Source: Trichinella spiralis (taxonomy: Eukaryota). From it: a stretch of 64,000 nucleotides of DNA. Below are positions 43,470-57,297 of this stretch, piece after piece. Numbering within the stretch: position 1 is the stretch's first letter; the number at the start of each line of letters is the position of its first letter. The position numbers and the translations under genes are program-made. The notes under the pieces were generated by a model that was given only the letters and a program-made list of their open reading frames with translations, made no database searches and had not been told where the DNA came from. The stretch covers positions 3,402,014 to 3,466,013 of the forward strand of contig NW_003526948.1 in NCBI RefSeq assembly GCF_000181795.1, written 5' to 3'.

Positions 43470-45285
43470 ATTTTCAGACATACGTAGGTGTGTTTTGTCT
43501 AAGTGAATTTTGTTTTGTTATGGCGTTTTTTGTCAGATGGTTTATATTTTGACTGAATTGTAAACGTCAAGGTCATTTTTAAATTTTCAAATAGTCCTTT
43601 CTTTATTGATAGAATTTAGCAGTGCATTTCTTATGCTCATATTATGGCTTAGGTTAGACTTCATCTTCAGCCAAAAGTTCTAACGCACTAAAAATCGGTT
43701 TCCAACGCTGCATTATGCAAATAACTATCGCTATAACGCTGCCTTATCATCAGTAAGGGTGCGTTTGTTTGTTTAATTTACGTGGCAATTAGTAGCATCG
43801 TTGAACGTTCTTTGAGTTTATTAAAGCGTTAAGTAGCTGTTGAAGTCGGTTTGCAGAATTACTAACAAGTATTCTACTTTTCTGCTTGTTATTTTTTCAA
43901 AGCTTTGTATATTTATTTCGTAAACGATTCCTTTTTAATTAAATAGCAGTTAATTATTATATTTGTTATAATTCTACTTTGTGATAAAGTGAGGACAATT
44001 TTGATTTAATATCATTATTACAGGTTCAAAGAATGGAGCAAAGAGAAGGTGAAAACGCGGACGACACGAAGCAGAACAAGAGAAGGCAATAGGTAAATGC
44101 CATTTCTTGTGGATCTGTGAAGCAGGGATAAGCATACTTCGAAAACGTGAAGTTGTTCTTTAGTTCAATGAAATTACCCTAGTTTGTAGTATGTAATATG
44201 TAAATAAGATATTTCTAACTGTAAAACTGTAATTTTTGTTTTTCATATTATGTTAAGATTAGGTAAGACTTCATCTTTAGAAAGACTGAAAATTAATTAA
44301 GTTTTTTAACACTTTATATTATTTTTTCAAATTTCGCAGCATTAGAGACATTTCGTAAATTACATATTTTGTTAGATTAACTTTCTTTTACAGTATACGT
44401 AGCCAGTGTTCTTGTATTCTAGTGATAATATTTTGCGATGAGTTCCATTTATGTAGGTCATTTTTGAGTTTTCAAATGCGAAATTCAGACATGCGGAGGC
44501 GTGTTTTGAATTTGCTTAATTTTTGTTTGTTGTAGAGTTGTATCGGATAGTTTATATTTTGACTGAATTTTAAATGCCAAGGTCATTTTTGAATTTTTAA
44601 ATAGTCCTCAGTGGTTGACTGTAGTTGTGCATTTCAACTCCTTTTTCAAGTAAATTGAAATGGGTTTCTAGCGAATGCATGGCATTCGCTAGATAAGCGG
44701 TTTGCTGTGCTTGAGGTTTCAATGTTCCTAATTTCATAGCATTCGGTTAGAATTAATTCCTCATCCAGAAAATTTTCCAATAAATTAAATCCGGCTTCTA
44801 TTGCTACAGTATGCAAATGAGGATCGTTTGAAAATTCCATTATCAACAATCAGTAATGGTGCGCATGTTTGTTTGACTTGTGGGACAAGTAACAGAATCG
44901 TTAAACGTTGGTGTTAAGTAACTACTGAAGTCAGTTTTTAACTGTTGGAAGTATTCAAATTTTCCTCCTTGTTACTGTTTATTCGAACCTCTTTATATAT
45001 AATTACTTGCTAAACGTTATCTTTAATTGAAAATCAGTTTCTTCTTTTATTACAAACTTATTTATTAAATTTTTAAATTCCACTGTGCAATAAAGTGCGG
45101 AAAGTTTTGATTTAACATTTACCATTCTTACAGATAAAACCAATGGAGAAAAGAAGAAATGAAAAGTCGGACGACACGAAGCAGATCAAGAAAAGAAACA
45201 AAGTTCCCTGTGCGTCCGCATTCTGTAAGTCTGGTGTAGGGATACTTTGAAAGAGCGAAGTTATCCCATAATTTAATTAAGTTAA
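43470..45285. repeat. Diverged direct duplication (units ~43470-44175 and ~44480-45285)
   Basis: Shared blocks such as TTTATATTTTGACTGAATT..TAAA..CAAGGTCATTTTT (43541 and 44551) and CGGACGACACGAAGCAGA (44058 and 45168). Confidence 0.85.
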
Positions 45286-45761
45286 CGACAAACCTACATG
45301 GATGAGTTTTGAATTAATGCAGTACTTTGTCTTCCACGCAGAAAAATTCACGTATGTGATTACTTTCATTTGTCGAAATAATTATTGATTTTTATTGATT
45401 TTGTAATTTTTTTCTTCTTTTTTTGTATTTTACATTTTGTTTGATTTTCAACAGTTTTTGAAACAAATTGTTTTACATTTATTTCTTTCTCACAATGTTT
45501 TTATTTTAATTGTTTTAAACTTTATTTCTATCTTTTTCATTTTATGTATTTTATTCATTTTCAAATGTCCCCAATAACTTTATTATTTTATATTGACTGT
45601 AACTCAAATAAAAAAGTAGACAAATGAAACATTGCATACTAAAGCCCAGACAACATGGAAAAATAAAGCCTCTGATTGGGCGGAGGAGGGGGTGGCGGGC
45701 GGGTACACGGAGCTTGAAGACAGACAGTTTGTATATATATACGGAGTTGAAAGAGAGAGAG

Positions 45762-46263
45762 NNNNNNNNNNNNNNNNNNNNNNNNNNNNNNNNNNNNNNN
45801 NNNNNNNNNNNNNNNNNNNNNNNNNNNNNNNNNNNNNNNNNNNNNNNNNNNNNNNNNNNNNNNNNNNNNNNNNNNNNNNNNNNNNNNNNNNNNNNNNNNN
45901 NNNNNNNNNNNNNNNNNNNNNNNNNNNNNNNNNNNNNNNNNNNNNNNNNNNNNNNNNNNNNNNNNNNNNNNNNNNNNNNNNNNNNNNNNNNNNNNNNNNN
46001 NNNNNNNNNNNNNNNNNNNNNNNNNNNNNNNNNNNNNNNNNNNNNNNNNNNNNNNNNNNNNNNNNNNNNNNNNNNNNNNNNNNNNNNNNNNNNNNNNNNN
46101 NNNNNNNNNNNNNNNNNNNNNNNNNNNNNNNNNNNNNNNNNNNNNNNNNNNNNNNNNNNNNNNNNNNNNNNNNNNNNNNNNNNNNNNNNNNNNNNNNNNN
46201 NNNNNNNNNNNNNNNNNNNNNNNNNNNNNNNNNNNNNNNNNNNNNNNNNNNNNNNNNNNNNNN
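45762..46263. other. Assembly gap (502 N)
   Basis: Run of N preceded by a (GA)n tract. Confidence 1.
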
Positions 46264-47967
46264 AAAAATATAAACTATCTGACAAAAAACGCATCACGAT
46301 AGCAAAATTCACTTAGACAAAACACACCTACGTATGTTTGAAAATTTTCTTAAGTTAGAAAACCAAGTAGCTCAAATGAAGCTAATTTTAAGTGAACGCT
46401 TTGCGGGCAAAAGCTTGCTTATGGTCAATAGAAAGAACATGTTACCTATTGCAAAGGTGATTTTCGAAAGACCATATTTTAATTATAGATAAACAATGCG
46501 TACAAGGTGCATTTAATGAAACTTTAATTGTACGGAAATTTGGCGATTATTATGCCACGTATTATCTGATTTTGAGAATTCTTCATACAATATGTTGAGA
46601 AATTATGCTCAATATCGATTCTCAATTATATTGTGAACTAATTAAGACTTAAAAATGAAAAAGCTGCCACTTACTGCTAAATTCGTCATCTTCTCATCGT
46701 TAATGTTAATTGTCTTTGGATGTTCATTGAAAAATTATTTTTCAGAAATTATTCCAAAAAATAATAATGAATAAAAAGCAAAAATAGTGTTTGGATTCAA
46801 TGTTTGTCTTCAGTCAATTTTCCAATTAAAACGCTGAGCCACCATCCACGGAAAGCCTCAAACTGAAATGATTTCCATTATGTCAATAAAGTAAACGGCC
46901 TCGTATGCAAATTTTTTTTATTCATTTCAGTCGATAAATATGGCTACTGTACATTTTTCATTGCTCAGGTAGAAAAAAAATGCGGCTGTCCAGTTGTTGT
47001 GGAATAATGGGCTTTTAAAGTTGGCATTTTGCAGATCTCACTATATAGGTAAGCGGGCCATTTGAGTTTTAATGATTGTCAAATTTTTTTCAAATTTTAT
47101 GAATATTCAATTCATTATATTCAGTTACGTCTTTGTTCACTGACAGCTGGGTTAAAACTTTAGCAAAGAAATCGTGCATTATAAAAAAACAAAAAGTCAA
47201 AAATAAATGTAAAATATTATTTTATAATGTTTTTATCGCTCAAATGAGTCGTCGTTTTAGTGCTACCAAAATTGTTCCTGCAACATACTGTAGTATAGAA
47301 ATTCTTTCATAATAAAATTCAGGTACATACATGTCCAGCTGTCAGCTGATAAGAAATCTTTGCAAAGAATAACGCATCATACGAAACGGCATGCTATAAA
47401 TACGTGCAAAACTTTATTTTTTAATGCTTTCATCACTCAAATGTGACTTTTATTACAATGCAGAAGGAAAATTTAATCAGGTAATTTATTTAGCGGTTCA
47501 ACTTACAAGTTTTAGTTCGGGGTCTCAGCAGTTCAAGTTTTATTAAGCTGGAGAATAAATAATTGCGCTGTGATATAGATGGAATACATGTTGCAACATG
47601 TTGAAATTATATTCAACACATTTCTGGCATTGAGTGACATAATAATGAAAATTCAGTATTATTTATAAAATGAACTCTATTTGCTCTTCCGTATATTTTC
47701 GTTTATATTGTAAAATACTGTACACAGAAAGTACTGAATGAAGAAAATGAATGTAATTTAAAAAGCAAACTTTTTACGAAACATTCAATCGTGTATCTAT
47801 CTATCTATATGGAAAATGAAAATATTTGTCCTTCATAGTTATGTACGTTTTCGTAATTGTGCAAAAAATTGAAAGAGAAAAAACCCCCTCAATGCATATA
47901 GTTTCAGATCACTGTTGTATAAAGATATAGATAGAAAAGAGAATAGATGTATAGATAGAAAAGTCTG

Positions 47968-50900
47968 TCATTCGTCCAATACTTCAAATACAATAGCACT
48001 GTCTTCAGACTGTTGATTTTCCTCTTCAGGAGGTTTCACTTCGTCCTTTTCGTTGTCCGAAAGTACAGGCAGACAACTTTCTGTAGGCTGTAAAAGGAAA
48101 CAAAATCAAATCAGCAATTATTATTTCAAAATTATAAAAAGTACAAAAAGCACGATACCGTTAACGATTCTCCATGTTGTTTCATCTGCTCGGTTCGGAT
48201 TACGTCGAAATTGGAAACGTACAAATCATACACAAAGTTAACCATTTGTGACATGCCATCTATCGTCAATTCACAATACGGTGACGGTTCGTTCACCTGG
48301 AGAACAGTAAAATTAGAAAACTTCCCTTCATAAGAAATCAATTACTGTGAAAGTGGTTTACCAATCGTTTCGTCGGCCAGGTTTCATTTGGTATTATAAT
48401 CAACTTTCTTGGACGATTTTGAAACTGGAAAAATTAAAGTTGAAACAAAGTACAGATCCATTGAAACCAAAAAGAGAAAATGGAAATGCATATACGCACC
48501 ATGCGAAACGCTGGTGTCAGTTCGAAACAATTTTCAAACAGTGAAACTCGAGCCAAAACGTACAATCCTAGCCTTCCTCGACTGAACGCAACCACAAGAC
48601 GACGCACATCCCTAATATGTCCGACAGCTTCTGTTCGTACCAATGATAAAATTATATAATCATTCTGTTCGCCTTGATATTTGTCTACTGTAGTCACCTG
48701 CGCATTATTTGAAAATATAATTTCAATAAAGAATAAATAAATCAGGTGGCAAAGTGAAACGAGCATATTATTTATCAGTGTAAAATTCTCACTTTAGCCG
48801 GCTTGCCAAAGAATATGTTCGACGCGCAGCGTTTTCGCAAAACGTCCCTGATCAAATGCTTCTGTCCATTATACGTGGTCAAAATGGTAATCTTTTCCGC
48901 AGGATAACCCACGATGCGCATGTACATAAAAATAGCGACTGCATATTCCGCCTCGGCCAGATTCTAGAATAGAATCAAACGAACAGAATCAACATCCATC
49001 TATCTATACATTACACGTCAGTTGTGAAGAATATTCAATTGTAAAAAAATGAATTCAGTTTTTCGTCAATTTGGATTTAGATTTAGATAAGTATAGCCAA
49101 AGCCCAGTCGACCGTCGCTTACGACAATGGTCAACTGCAGTTGACAAGAAACAAGGGAGTATGCATGGAATATAAATATCATCAAAATACGACCCATGCG
49201 CTAGAGTGGATTCACTAGATTCAGAGTTGATGGAAAATAAAAAAAACTCTAAAAATAAAAACAAAAGAACAAAACTTTACGCATACTTGATAAAAATAAG
49301 CAACTGGAGTGGTTTCGCCATCGCCGTTGAAATCGTCCACGTCAACCAGTTGAAAAGGATGGGCAAAGCCGGCGTTTGCTGTCAAAAATTCTTCATTGGC
49401 AAGCACGTGGGGCAAATTGCCCAAATTGTCGTAACGCCAACTGTACAACGCAGCCAGCTGTTGCCTGGCTCGACCCTGCTTGTCGAGGTGAATGGTCCTC
49501 ACGCCCAGACGCACCAGACGCGTGAACATCGACTGCTCCATCCGGCTGTACCTGCGCAACGCCGGGCTCTTCACCACCGGAGGCAGTTGGTAATGGTCGC
49601 CAATCAACACCAGACGACGGAGGCGATTTTTCCCCTGGACTGTCGGCTGCAACAAGAACGGTATGAACGTTTCAATTTCCAATATTTGGGCCGCCTCTTC
49701 GACGATCAAATTGTCATAATGGAAGTACATGTCGACGAACTCTTTGCGCCTAAGAGCCGCGTGGGTGCAAGTCATTGCGATCACTTTCGCCTGGCTGGTG
49801 AGCAAATATTCGACACGATCGTACCGGGTTCGCAACGATTCGAACGCGCGGAATTCGGCTAGCTGGTCGAAAATGTTACGAATGTAATTCCAACACGAAT
49901 GGGCAATTTGCATATTTTGCTCATAATTCAATTCGCCCTTCTCCTCATCCCCGTCGTCGTCCAGAAACAACGGTCCGTCCAAATCGTCGAAGAAAGCCCC
50001 GAACGGGAAAATTTCCCCCACCCGACGTAACTGCTTGGATTTTCTTTGAAATTCAAACCACCTCGGCTGCAACTGGTATTCGTAAAAGTACAATGCCGTT
50101 TCGCACGAAGAAGCCACGTCACCGCCGACCACTTGGATGCTCTTTTGCAAACGCTCCACTTGGCCCAACAACTGCAGCCGCTTCTCGAGGATATGATTCA
50201 CACGACCCTCTCGGCTGAAGTCTTTCCCCATGCCCAAAAATTCTTCTCCGTGACCTGCGAGCAGAGAAGAGCAGATGAAAAAGAAATCAAAAAATGCAAA
50301 AAAAAACAACTGCGCTCACCCAGTCGAAGCAAATGACGCTCGTCCACGTCACGTTCTGTGATTTTTTGAAACAAATAATTTAAAGCTTGATTCGAATGAG
50401 CAACGACAAGGGTCCGTTCGGACGGCCAACCGTGGTAGATGTTGTTGATAATCTGCGCCGCCACATCGGTCTTACCAGTACCAGGGGGTCCGACAATCAC
50501 GGTCAAACCGTGCTGCATGCCGCTGTATATCCCATCCACTTGAGCTTTCGTAAATAAAACTGCATTGAACCGTCGTCTACAGAACGGATACGGTCCCCTA
50601 GATTCATCTTTTTCTTGAAATATACAAACTTTTTTGTCCGTCTCGTCGACTGAAATTCTAAATCAATAACAACAAAAATACACGTTCGCAACGGGTCAAA
50701 TGATTGATTCCTTGGGAAAAATTATATACCTGTAAGGTGGTTTCAAATCATTTTCGTTGGCAATAATTTCGTACTCATCTGGAAAAGATTCTTTGACGTG
50801 CTCAACAGAAAGAAATGTGTCATCAAAATTCAATACTGTAAACTGCTTCTCCATTCTAAAATAAATAATATACACCGTTTCAAAGCAGATAGAAAGTAAA

Positions 50901-53900
50901 AAAATATACTGCAAATGAAATAAATATTAAACATCTGTATACTTTGAATAGTGTGCAACACTTGGGTCTCCGTAGCCCAAAAGCAAGTCATTAAACCAAG
51001 AAGGAACTACGCATTCGCAATTCATTAGCTGACGTATTGTATCCAAAACTGCTTTGAAGTTGTTTTCTTTCGGCTTACGGCGTACGAATACATTGAACGT
51101 CTGATATACATCCTGAACATATAAATATACTGAAATGCTGCTGTCAGCAACGATAAAATAATTGCTTTAATAATAACTTTACATTACTTTACAACGTAAT
51201 AAAATTAATTCTTTTAAAAAATAATCTCAATAAATAAAAGTAATACCAACTGATTTTCCAAAAAAAAAACAATAAATTCTTTACCTCTCCCCCTTTTTCA
51301 TGTTGCATCATATCCAAACGATACTGCTGGCAGTCTAACAACACTCGAAATGTTCTTACATTATTGGTGAAGCCCAGCTTTGCTTCGGGTGGAGCTGAAA
51401 CGATAACAACAACATATCCTGTGAAACTGTACAATCTAATAATAAATAATAACATTCAATAAATTGAAAACTTTAAACTTGACAAATACAATTGTCCTAA
51501 AACTTGCAGTTGCATTTGAAGCTGAATTAGAACGCAACAAAATTGTCATACTTGACAACATTCAAAGGAATTTATAATTTAAAAAAATGAATAAAAAACT
51601 CTCATATTATTTTTAAAAAATGATAAACTGCATTATTTATGATTATGCGAAATTACATAAATTGGAAACGATCAATTTACCATATTCTTCTATCACATTT
51701 CCATCAACTCCAAGCATGCCTTCAATTTCACAACCACGTACGTATACCACGGGTATTTGAGGTAGAAACGGTTCGGACGGACAGTACAGAGTACCCGGCA
51801 ATGCAGTGGGTCGAATGGTAAGCAAAAAGCCCACATCATGTTTGCGAAGACCTACAATGGGAAAAAAGGTAAAAATAGTAACAAAAATACCACGACAATG
51901 TAGCTAGCGCACTTTCCCATTCGGTTCGTACATCCTGCCGAACGTCCAACATCAATTGCACATCAGCGCGTACAACTGACGGTGCTTTTTCGCCCACCCT
52001 CGGTCTGCCCACTTCGATCACAACAAAATGCATTATGGGCAGCGCCATCCTTGCCCAACCGCCGCATACCAGGGTATTTGGTTCGATTTCATGTTTCCAA
52101 GGTTGCATGCGAAAAATAGCATCTTCAATGTCCAGTCGAATTTCATCTGCGCAACACATTCACATTCAACATATACTTAGAATGTCATTTTTACAATTCA
52201 CAACTCACATGTTGATTCCAATCTGAACAAAGTGAAATTGCGCAGAAGATAATCATACACCGTCAAAAATTGTAAACCCAACTTCGGCAAAGCCAGACAT
52301 GCTGCAATAATTGCATTCAATTATGCCAACAAAATCAACTATTCAACCTGGATTTCATTCCATCTATACTTGCGTTCTTGAAGTAACCAACAGGCACCAT
52401 TTTCTCGTTCCAAAGAATCTCCTCCGATGGGTACAACGACATTTCATTGATACGATCTAATTGACTCGGCTGTTTTTCATGATGACACACCTGAAACAAG
52501 TCGAAATTAACCGAAATCCGTCGAACGTTTTTCAAATACAAATACCATCATTTCCATGAGTAATGGTCGATTCAAAGTAGAATCGTTCGTATTGTTCGGA
52601 TCCACAAGATTCAAATCAACACACAAATTCAACAATTCTTCGTCACTTCAAAAGAAGACAAATTGTATGAGGAAAGAAAAAAGAGAAACTCACCTCAGAA
52701 CAGAGAAATATTTGAACAAATTCTTTCGATTATCCACCTCGCTGACTGTTGACAAATAGAAAGTTTTCATTTTTTCCTTATACTTCTGAAAAACTAATTC
52801 CTAAAAAATTTCAACAATAAAATAGCCGTCCCTGGAGAAAAAGCTGGTTGAAATAAAGAATTCCAGAAGCATGGCAAGTGATAAAATATTTAATCGAAGA
52901 TAAAATTCATATGTGAACAAGTGCTTCAAACAAAAAAAATTATAAATTACACATACGAACGAACACATGTGCCCAAAATCAAAACTGTACTTCATATTTA
53001 AATTCCATTCATTCATGTTATCTCACTGACACTACCAGATGATATTGTTACTGTCCCATTATATTAGGATTATGGTCATTAATAAGACACAGGCAAGCTG
53101 AAAACAGCTTGGCTGATATGAACTAAAATTCTAAACAACTTGGTATAATGGCTGTGTTTTTTAAGAAACGCCAGTAAAAATTAAGCTTAACTTTGTTGAA
53201 AATGAAAAAAAAGGATTCATCAAAGCAATAATATAACAAAAACAAAGTTGGCAAAAGGAGAACGCAGTTATTATGCAAAAGCAAAACAAATTTATACCTG
53301 TAACTTTGTTATTCTTTCTACATGAATGATGGTCATATCCTTTTGAGTCAGCGATTCACCTGTTAAATCATCTATTTCAAAATAGACGCAACGTTTCAAT
53401 GTACTCAACAACTACAATGGAATAAAATGAATCATCTAAATCAACTAAGATAAGCTATTTCAGTAAACCTACTTCGGTAAACAGCCCGCCATCTTGACGT
53501 TTCACAAGCGTGCTGAGAGCGCCATGACAAAGTATTCTGCTTTCCAGCAGGACAACATTGAGGAATCTTCGAATTGGCAACAAAGATTCCATATCAATCA
53601 ACATTTCCAAAAAACGCTCGCAATACCGAATTGAATTCAAATCACACTGCTCTAAAACAATATGCGTTTAAATGAATATACACGTAGAATAAATAACGTG
53701 CACATTGTCAAGCAACATACCATCTTCTGGCGGAATTGAATGCAATATTTTTAGAAATTTCTTGATCAAATCACAAATGTATCGCCAATAAAACAAAGTC
53801 TTTCTTTTACTTTCTTCGTCAAGCTTGTCGAACTGCTTCTGACTGTATTTCCAATATTTTTTCAACTTCATGTTTTCATTTAAACACTGCTCACGTGCTG

Positions 53901-54789
53901 CCTAAAGACAAAAACATAAGATAAACTCAAAGCACAAACCGGAAATCCATACTTCAGGTAAACAAATCCACATCGGCAGTGAGATAATTTTTTGCACAAC
54001 AGTTCGAATACTAACAATTTCCTTAAAAATTCACCTTGGACAATGCAACTTTAAGAAAACAAATTCAAAACGAATTACCACACTAGTGAAACAGTGATTG
54101 AGAAAAATTATCACATGCAGCTGCTCAGCAATAGTTAAAAGTTCATCGTCCAATGACATTTCCAAAACTCTTGTAAAAAACTTTTCAAATTCTTTTTCTC
54201 GAGTGAAAAATATCTGTTGTTAAATACAAACTATCATACTGATTAGTACAGTTATAGTAATTCTCTCATACTGGCCAAAGTGGAACACATTCGCGGATTT
54301 TTTCATTTGCCATCACCAAAATCGACATAACATGCTCCACTGTTGCTGTGTTGACATCAAAATTTGGCCATAAGAAGCGCTCCAAATACTGACTAAATTA
54401 AAACAAGCAACGACTATTAATCCAAGTTCCAAATGTCAATCAATTATGGTGCATAACACAATGCGTTGCAAATGCGCAGAACACTTTTACCTGAACTCAA
54501 GCAGCACAATTGGTCGTACGGCGAAATTTTTCTCCAGTAGCTCGTTTTTATAAATGTCAGCGACAACCTGATAAAAATACTTGAAGATTAATCAAAATAA
54601 GCTTTAAAACAAAATCAACAAACCTTGGCGCTAAAAGGACGATGTGCGTTACCAAAACTAGCCCAGTACGACGCTGCGATCTATAAATCAAATTTTAAAA
54701 TTCGTTAAAAGAAAAAATAACTATACTCGTGTCAGCTTTTCGTGGGCCATTTCCTCTACAGTTGGAACAGATCGTTTACTCTTCATCAT
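47968..54789 (-). CDS. AQR: RNA helicase Aquarius (intron-binding spliceosomal factor, emb-4 orthologue), multi-exon
   Basis: [48 protein letters not shown], Walker [52 protein letters not shown] and [16 protein letters not shown] at 54789, stop at 47968-47970. Confidence 0.97.
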
Positions 54790-55322
54790 GTTTGCTCCTG
54801 GACGACGGTTTCCAAATCTACTGTATAACTAAACATTACTGTATTTGACATCAGGTTCAAACAACAGATCGATGATCGCGTTCGGTGAACTTTACTGTTA
54901 ATGTTTAATGGATATTTTACTGAATGAATATAAGATAAGCGTTTACAGAATAATACAGAAATAATTTTTTATTTGTAAAACAACCGGTATAACAAGTAAA
55001 AAAACAACACAACATTGAATAGGTGAAAATCGATGACCGTTTCCTTGAGCCACTGCAAGAGCTCGACTGCTTCGAATTGAAAAAACGCGGAAAAACGGTA
55101 CAATGAATCAATACCCTATCACGCATGGAACCACTTTCTCGATTTTACCACATATTATAGAACTATGGAGTGGAAGAATGCCGCATAAACCACACAACTA
55201 GGTGATTTTCGATGAGTAATAGCGGTGCTTGTCCACGGTGGGCAATGTTGTTTGTGTTGCAAACATCCTGCCCAGGATAAAAAATACGATCTCACGAGCG
55301 GTGAGGTATCTCATTATAAAAG

Positions 55323-55363
<41 letters not shown>

Positions 55364-56605
55364 TAATGGACGTGACCGGAAAGACGTGAAATTAGTAAAT
55401 CTTAACGCGAATACATGCTGTCGATTTTCTGAGTTCATGGCGAATGTCAACTGTCCGTGAATGAATATGTTCATAATGATTTTACATGCATTTTTTACCT
55501 AGGCACTAGACGTTTCAGAACGCTGCAAATGGGTCATAAAAGCGATTGCCCAGTTGGGTTGAAAGACGTACAGTAACTGATTTTCAAGGTTAAAGCACTG
55601 GATACGTTACATGTATTTAATTAAGGTTGGCATATTTTAGCGAGTGCAATGAAACTTGTTGCGTTGTTCTTCGGATCATTTTTGAAAGACCAATACAAAT
55701 TTTGTCATTTTTGACTTCGTCTACAGTTTGCGTTGTTGCGATTACTGATTTGCTATGCATTCACTACACATAGCGAACAGTGTTAAAGCTGACTGTTAGA
55801 ATTATTTACTGCACACAAATCATAAAAATGGAACAAGTATCGATTCAATTTAAGTAAGTTTGATGAAAATGGCCACAAACAACGCCAGCCTCATAAATAA
55901 ACCCAGTGAAGCTTTTTGCAAAACCACTAGTTGAATTCAAATTTTTTGGATGTTAAATAAATAAAAAAACTTTAATATGATAGATACGTTTGTATTGTAG
56001 AATGATGCTTTTTTCTTTTGTTGTTCAAATTTATCTTGTTAATTTGATGATTCTAATTAATTAGCGGCTGTGCTTCAACTCGAACTAAAAATTGACAAAA
56101 TTTGTCTGCTTTATTTTCGTAATAGTTCGGTAAAAACTGAAGAAAAAAAAACTTGCACAAGATAAAAAAAATTAATAACAGAATAAATAACTCACTTTTC
56201 ACTTTTAACGTTCAAGTCGAATGAACATCTTGCGCAATATTGTTCTAAAGCACAGACCGCCGCCCTTCGGCGCGCATCATTTATTATTAATTATTACTAA
56301 AAAAACCATAACACTTTGAGATGGTTTTTTTAATAGAGAAAAATAGCACACAGCACTATTATTACTGAATACATGAATTTTAATTGGTAAGAATAAGAAA
56401 ATAACATGGAGTATCTCTCTCAAACATCTTCCATTCATTGAGCTGAAAACAATGCACTCGCTCGCGATCAATGAAATTGTAAAACACAAAATGTGACAAT
56501 AAAACACTTCTGAAAAAAACAAAAAAATTTACAGTCGACGAGAGTGTAAGAAATATAAAAAAATTCGTTGAAATAATTCGGATTGTATATCAAAAAAAAA
56601 CAGAT

Positions 56606-57246
56606 TCACTCCGATGGCAACATGGACAGGCAGTTGCTAAAAAAAGCATCTGGATCGGGTATGGATTCGAGCAATCCTGCAACAAAATAAAGCAAAAGCT
56701 AGCCTGTCAATCGTAAGACTGGAATATTATTTTTACTGCACTGCAGCGAAAAATGTTTCAATGAAAAAGGCTTATTCATAACAGCTACATATGAAAGTAA
56801 GTAAAATACGGAAAACAAAACATGTGTACGTACCGCAAATACGACAAAATTCAAAAAAACTTGTAAACCGCAAAAGATGGTTTTCGTAAGTGGCAAACAA
56901 CTGCGTGCTGCTGTTATAAAGATCTACATAATTGGCAGAAATATACATCAGCAGCAGTTTCAACCAATTGTCATCCGTCCCAGGCAATACAGATGATACA
57001 GACTGAAACAATAAATACATTTAAACAACTTTCAGCATAAAACATCGACATTGTCCAACAAGTAACCCCACATGAAACGCATAGCAAAAAATGTATAATA
57101 ATAAATAACACAGATTTCGACCATACTTTGAACATGTGCGTGTAGATCGAATTGATCAAAGCAAAGTATATCAAATAAGGAATGTAATTCTTGAACTCAA
57201 TCGGCTCTTCTTTTTGACTAAAAAATACCATATAATAAAGCACGTT

Positions 57247-57297
<51 letters not shown>

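Larger units (their letters stand above)
42354..47151. mobile_element. Large TTAA-bounded foldback-like non-autonomous element with long inverted arms (spans assembly gap)
   Basis: Left end TTAA-CCCGGCGGTTCCCGGCTGTC (TTAA 42350-42353), right end GACAGCTGGG-TTAA (TTAA 47152-47155). ~42735-43550 is the diverged reverse complement of ~46264-47065. No transposase ORF is visible. Confidence 0.6.

Noticed and set aside
45551..46316. ORFs over 200 aa in the supplied track
   Set aside because: Artefacts of translating through the N gap.
49206..50336. 218-aa and 96-aa plus-strand ORFs
   Set aside because: Antisense shadows of the long GC-rich Aquarius exon.
55195..55312. Small hairpins plus CTAG, suggesting a Helitron 3' end
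   Set aside because: The hairpin-to-CTAG spacing (~28 nt) is atypical and no 5' end or coding remnant is visible.
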